Of a stretch of DNA of 64,000 bases, positions 59,179-64,000 are shown piece by piece. The DNA comes from the human T2T-CHM13v2.0 reference genome, Homo sapiens, in assembly GCF_009914755.1 (NCBI RefSeq), contig NC_060926.1; one strand, written 5' to 3'. The notes under the pieces were generated by a model. The model did no database searches. It saw only the letters and a program-made list of their open reading frames with translations, and had not been told where the DNA came from. The position numbers and the translations under genes were made by a program. Each line of letters opens with the position of its first letter. The stretch's first letter is position 1.

Positions 59179-60596
59179 TGAATAGTGATTGGGATATACA
59201 TATATATGTGTGTGTGTACCTCTCTCACTCACTCTCTCTCTATAGTGGTAAGCAGCAGCCAACCTCAAAAACCCTTTTGTAAAGAATTTATACAAAGCTT
59301 TATGCCTTTGCAACTTCTCTGTGCTCTCCTTTCATTGGAATCTGAGACCTCGTTGTTATTTGAATTACTTTAAGCAATCAAATGCATCTAGGAAAGAAAT
59401 AATAGTGAAGGAGGATGCCTCACAGCAAAGGTGCCTGATGACACTGAACTCTACAGGAAGGCTGCGTTTCAGTAGTGCCCTTGTCAGAATCTTTTTAATA
59501 CATAGCATACTTAGAAGTGTAGCCATTACTCTGTCAGTTTTCAAATTATGTGTCATAAGAATTTAACTTATCCTCCATGTGGATTTTTTTTTCTTTAAGA
59601 TGCTAATTCTCTCTGTCTGCATTAAAACATGTATAACCTATATTCTTCTGCTTCTTCAGTAAAAAGCTCTCAGTACTCTCTTGCCCCACCTGAAATGGCT
59701 CTCAGGGAAGGGCTGAGGGGCACTGGATGAGTTTCCTCTCATTCTGAGGGATGGGTGAGGCCTCAGACGAGGCTGTCCCCTACCTCACCTCTGGCCCCAT
59801 CATGATTAATGGGATCTCGTTTTAGAGCTTTAGGTTTTAGAAAAAAGAAACATGCCAGTCATACCACACATGCATGTGCAAGTCCAACCACAGAAGGCTG
59901 AAAACAGTGGGGTTCCCTTACGAGCTCCTCCCTTTACCTGTGCCTCTCCTGTCTGAGGGTGTTCTGATGGGCTACCGGGGAGCAAGGCTGGTGGCAGATG
60001 TGTCTAGGTGACACGATGCTGACTCCATCAGCCAGCGTCCACCTGGCTGCCTGCCTGCAGACCGCAACCTCCAGCCCAGTGTCCTTGCTGCCCTGCAGCA
60101 CCTTTCTGGGACCTACATGCAACAGCAAAATACCTCTGGAGTACTGGCTGGCAGGCAGTGGTACTACTGAGTAATTCCACATGGAAAGAATGATGCATGC
60201 GGGACCTGGATCCGACTCTCAACTTCCCATCCACCGGCTGGCTGGGGGATTGTGTTCCAGTGGTTTAACTATGCAGAGTCTCAGTGAGCTCATCTCCATA
60301 CCTGAATTTAGCCCACGATGCTCCATTCTTCACAGTGCCTTTCAGGGATCAGATAAGAAACTGTAGGAAGACATTTTATAACAGTGCTACTCAAATATAA
60401 GGGATTGTTATTGTCAAAAACTTCCTAGGAGAATGTATGTTCATCTTGAACCCCAGCTATTGCCTTCTACCTAGCATCACCAATACTCAGAGTAGAAGAG
60501 GAAAGAATATGCGGAGACATTGGGAATTGTCTGATTCTACCCAGTGACATCAAATCTCTTTGTAGCTGTCCATGTAGGGTTCTTTCTTTTCCCACT

Positions 60597-60970
60597 CTCT
60601 TGGTCAGTTGGGGCTGCTATAACAAAGTGCCATAGACTGGGAGGCTTATAAACAACACACATCTAGTTTTCACAGTTTTGGAGGCTGGAAGTCCAAGTTC
60701 AGGGTGCCAGCCAGCGTGGTCAAATTCTGGTGAAGACTTCTTCCTGGTTGTGGACTCCTGACTTCTTGCTGTGTCCACACATGGTGGAAGGGAGGGGGAA
60801 GCTCTCTGGGGTCCCTTTTATAAGGGCACTGGACTTATTCATGACTAATGACTAATAAACTCATCGTGATGACCTAATCACCCCAAAAAGCTCTACCTGC
60901 TAATATCATCACATTGGATTAGGATTCCAGCATATTAATTTTGGGGAGACACAAACATCCATTTCATTGT
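60597..60970. mobile_element. MLT1/MST-type MaLR solo LTR
   Basis: gggctgctataacaaagtgccatagactgggaggcttataaacaac...ggaggctggaagtccaag...aattttggggagacacaaacat. Confidence 0.85.
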
Positions 60971-63015
60971 ACCCACTTCTCCACCCTCTTTCCTCTTGGG
61001 GGAAAACCCACTCTTAGGCTATTTCATGAGTAAGAGAATGTGACATACCCTCTGAAGTATGGTGCAGGGAATAGGGTTTCAGGCTAGTTTCCACACTCTA
61101 TGCGTTGTGGCTTTTCACACCAGAGGGCTCAGGTAAGTGCCCTTCACTCAGTGTCCTGGTGCTGGATCATGAATCAAGTCCATTCAGTTTCCCATACGTG
61201 GAGGCAGAAGCCCGGTAATCAAGGTTAATGCTGAGAGACGAAATCCTGGCAGAATATTTGTAGGAGCTTAACAAGTTCCCCAAAGGGAGATTAGAGATGC
61301 TCAAGGAGTCACTTAGCCGAACCAGCACACAAAAGCACATTCGGCTTCTGCCAGCATCTGGAAACAAGGTGTCTGCTTCCCTTCCATAACCCAGGTATTG
61401 GAAAGTTCGTGTCCCAGCACACACAGCAGAGGCAGGAACCCACTGTTCAGTGCAAGCTGACTCTGTCCACATGTGGGCCTGCTGCTCCTAAATACCAGAT
61501 GACTATGATCAGGGCCTCTGCTTTAACAAGTTTTGTCTCCAGACTGTCATAAACCCATGAGAACATCAAAATCCAAAGAGTTGAAGTCACATGTTCAAGA
61601 CTACTTTGTTCGTTTTGACTGCAGAGCTCAGGTTCCGTCTCTTACAGTCCTCTGCTTGTCCATCTCAGTGGTACGGATTGGAAGCTGCTGTAGAACCCCG
61701 CTCCCAATCTTCCCTGTGAGTTGTTGTCAACAAATAGTGCTTTGCAAATAGCTTTCCCTTTCATATATTGAACAAATAAATTGGAGAGTTCTTAAAGAAA
61801 TAAAGAGTACATCACCAGGACTTAGAAGAGAAGACTATGAGGGACATTGGGAATCATCTAGTTCCACCCAGTGAAGTCAAATGACTCACCTTGCACCATG
61901 CACACCATCAGGAGAGAGCCCAAGCCCGGCGCGCCACCCGCTTCCTCAGGGCTCACTCTGCTGCATCAACCCTCAGCAGGCAAAGACCAAAGCTAGTCAC
62001 AAGAATGGCACTGGCAATGCACCTTCCTGACTCCATTAGCCCAAATATTGACATTAGTTGTGTGGAAATGTTTTGCCACAGTCATCTGTTGAGTGAGTAC
62101 TGTGTGGCAGGAGCCCTGTGATCAAGAGTGAACTTCAGCAGTGTAGACTGGAGTTCCAGTGGTTCCAACTCTTTCCTTATCCACTAAGTGCCTCAAACAA
62201 GTAACCTAACCTCTCTTAGTGTCGTGCCTGGCTCACAGTGCATTCTGGAATAGCTAGTCCTTCACATGCATTCTGGAATCTCTTACAAGGAATGAGTGAG
62301 GGTGGCACTGTTATTCACCCCAAATACAGATGAAAAAACTGAGGTGTGGAGATGTTAAATGAGTTGCCCAACATCACAAAGCAAGGTAGTGGTGGAGCTG
62401 GCTCCAGAGTCCACATTCTTAACCAAGAGGCTGAGCTCTCCTGGGGTCACATGGCTGCTGAGGAGTGCAGAGGGACTGGGTTCACATCCTGCCTCACTTC
62501 CTGAGCTGAGTTTCCTCCCAGATCTAAGCTGCTTCGTATGGAAGCAGCTGAAATTTTCATGTGATGAACTGAAAAAGCCTTCTGTAAAAACGTTAGTGTT
62601 CATTCATTATTTCAATAAATATTTGAGCACCTATCTTATACCAAAGATTGTTTTCAGAGCTGGAGAGAGATGTGAATAAGACAAGACAGAGTCTTCATTT
62701 CCTTAGAGGCAAATTATAAACAAATGAACAACACTTTCTAAAATGACTTCGTATATTCAAGTGCTGTGAAAAGAATAAACCAGGGTGCTGTGATGGCAAG
62801 TAACTCCAGTCTAGTTTTGACTGGGTGGTCAGGGAAGGCCTTAGTGAGTGAGGGAGCCAGCCATGCAGAGACTGGGAGACAGTTGCAAACAGATGAACAG
62901 CAACTGCAAAGTTCCTCAGGAAGGATTGTGCTTGGTGTGTTAGTGGTAATAGAACTCTGATTTTACACAGATAACATTCTCCACACTGGCATTTCTTTCC
63001 CTCATTTACCTATCA

Positions 63016-63487
<472 letters not shown>

Positions 63488-64000
63488 TCAGTGCCTGCTC
63501 TGAAACCCAGGTAAAAGAGGACAATTTCATCCTGGCTGATGTGTTTTAAACAGCCAAGCAAATTCACGTGGATCCACAGGCCCCAAGAGTATAAAAAATA
63601 ATAGAGGGGTAAATATGGAAAAGCTGATTTGCTGCCCAAACTCAGGGTCAAGCACAGGTCTGAGCAGGCCACCTGTATCTTTTTAGAGTTGTCTTCTCAG
63701 TGAAATGGAGCTGCTGCTACCTGCCACCTTGGAAAAACTGCTTGCTGGCCTCGTACGTGAGGGGTATGCCCAACTCACTTTGGGGAGGTTATTTCAACTT
63801 TTTACTACATCAGGACTCTGCGACCGGTGAACATCAAAAACCCAAAGAAACACGCACATCCTTGCCTGCCCTTGGTAAGCCTGGAGAGAATTTCACTGGT
63901 CAATAACAGATGATTCTGAATTTTGCCTGATTATTCTGGAGCTGACATTTTTGGGTGTCACATTTAACATGGACATTTTTGAAGCATAACTTTGATAACC

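Overview
This is human-like (primate) genomic DNA with abundant Alu, L1, L2, MIR, MER and MLT repeats. It carries the 3' part of the neuronal kinesin-1 heavy-chain gene KIF5C on the + strand. Fourteen coding exons (3701 to 42052) join through canonical GT-AG sites into one uninterrupted 1757-nt reading frame. That frame encodes the coiled-coil stalk, the light-chain/cargo-binding region and the QIAKPIRPG autoinhibitory tail, ending ...STHYQK*. A non-coding terminal exon (53454 to ~57140) holds a ~3.7-kb 3' UTR, and ~7 kb of intergenic DNA follows. Exon numbers 12-26 come from my recollection of the 26-exon, 957-aa gene model. The remaining six-frame ORFs look spurious (Alu, L1 or low complexity). 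I see no convincing new gene or multi-gene system. The best leads are at the RNA-processing level: (1) an in-frame intron-13 read-through whose stop overlaps an AATAAA, a candidate tail-less motor isoform; (2) exon-25 skipping that would replace the IAK motif with a 44-aa neo-tail; (3) a poly(A) signal overlapping the normal stop codon; (4) 3' UTR alternative polyadenylation gating miR-15/107-group sites and a (GU)n tract; (5) inverted Alu pairs; (6) an Alu-L1 composite insertion; (7) an apparently interrupted Alu 5' end. Repeat family names and boundaries are by-eye estimates.
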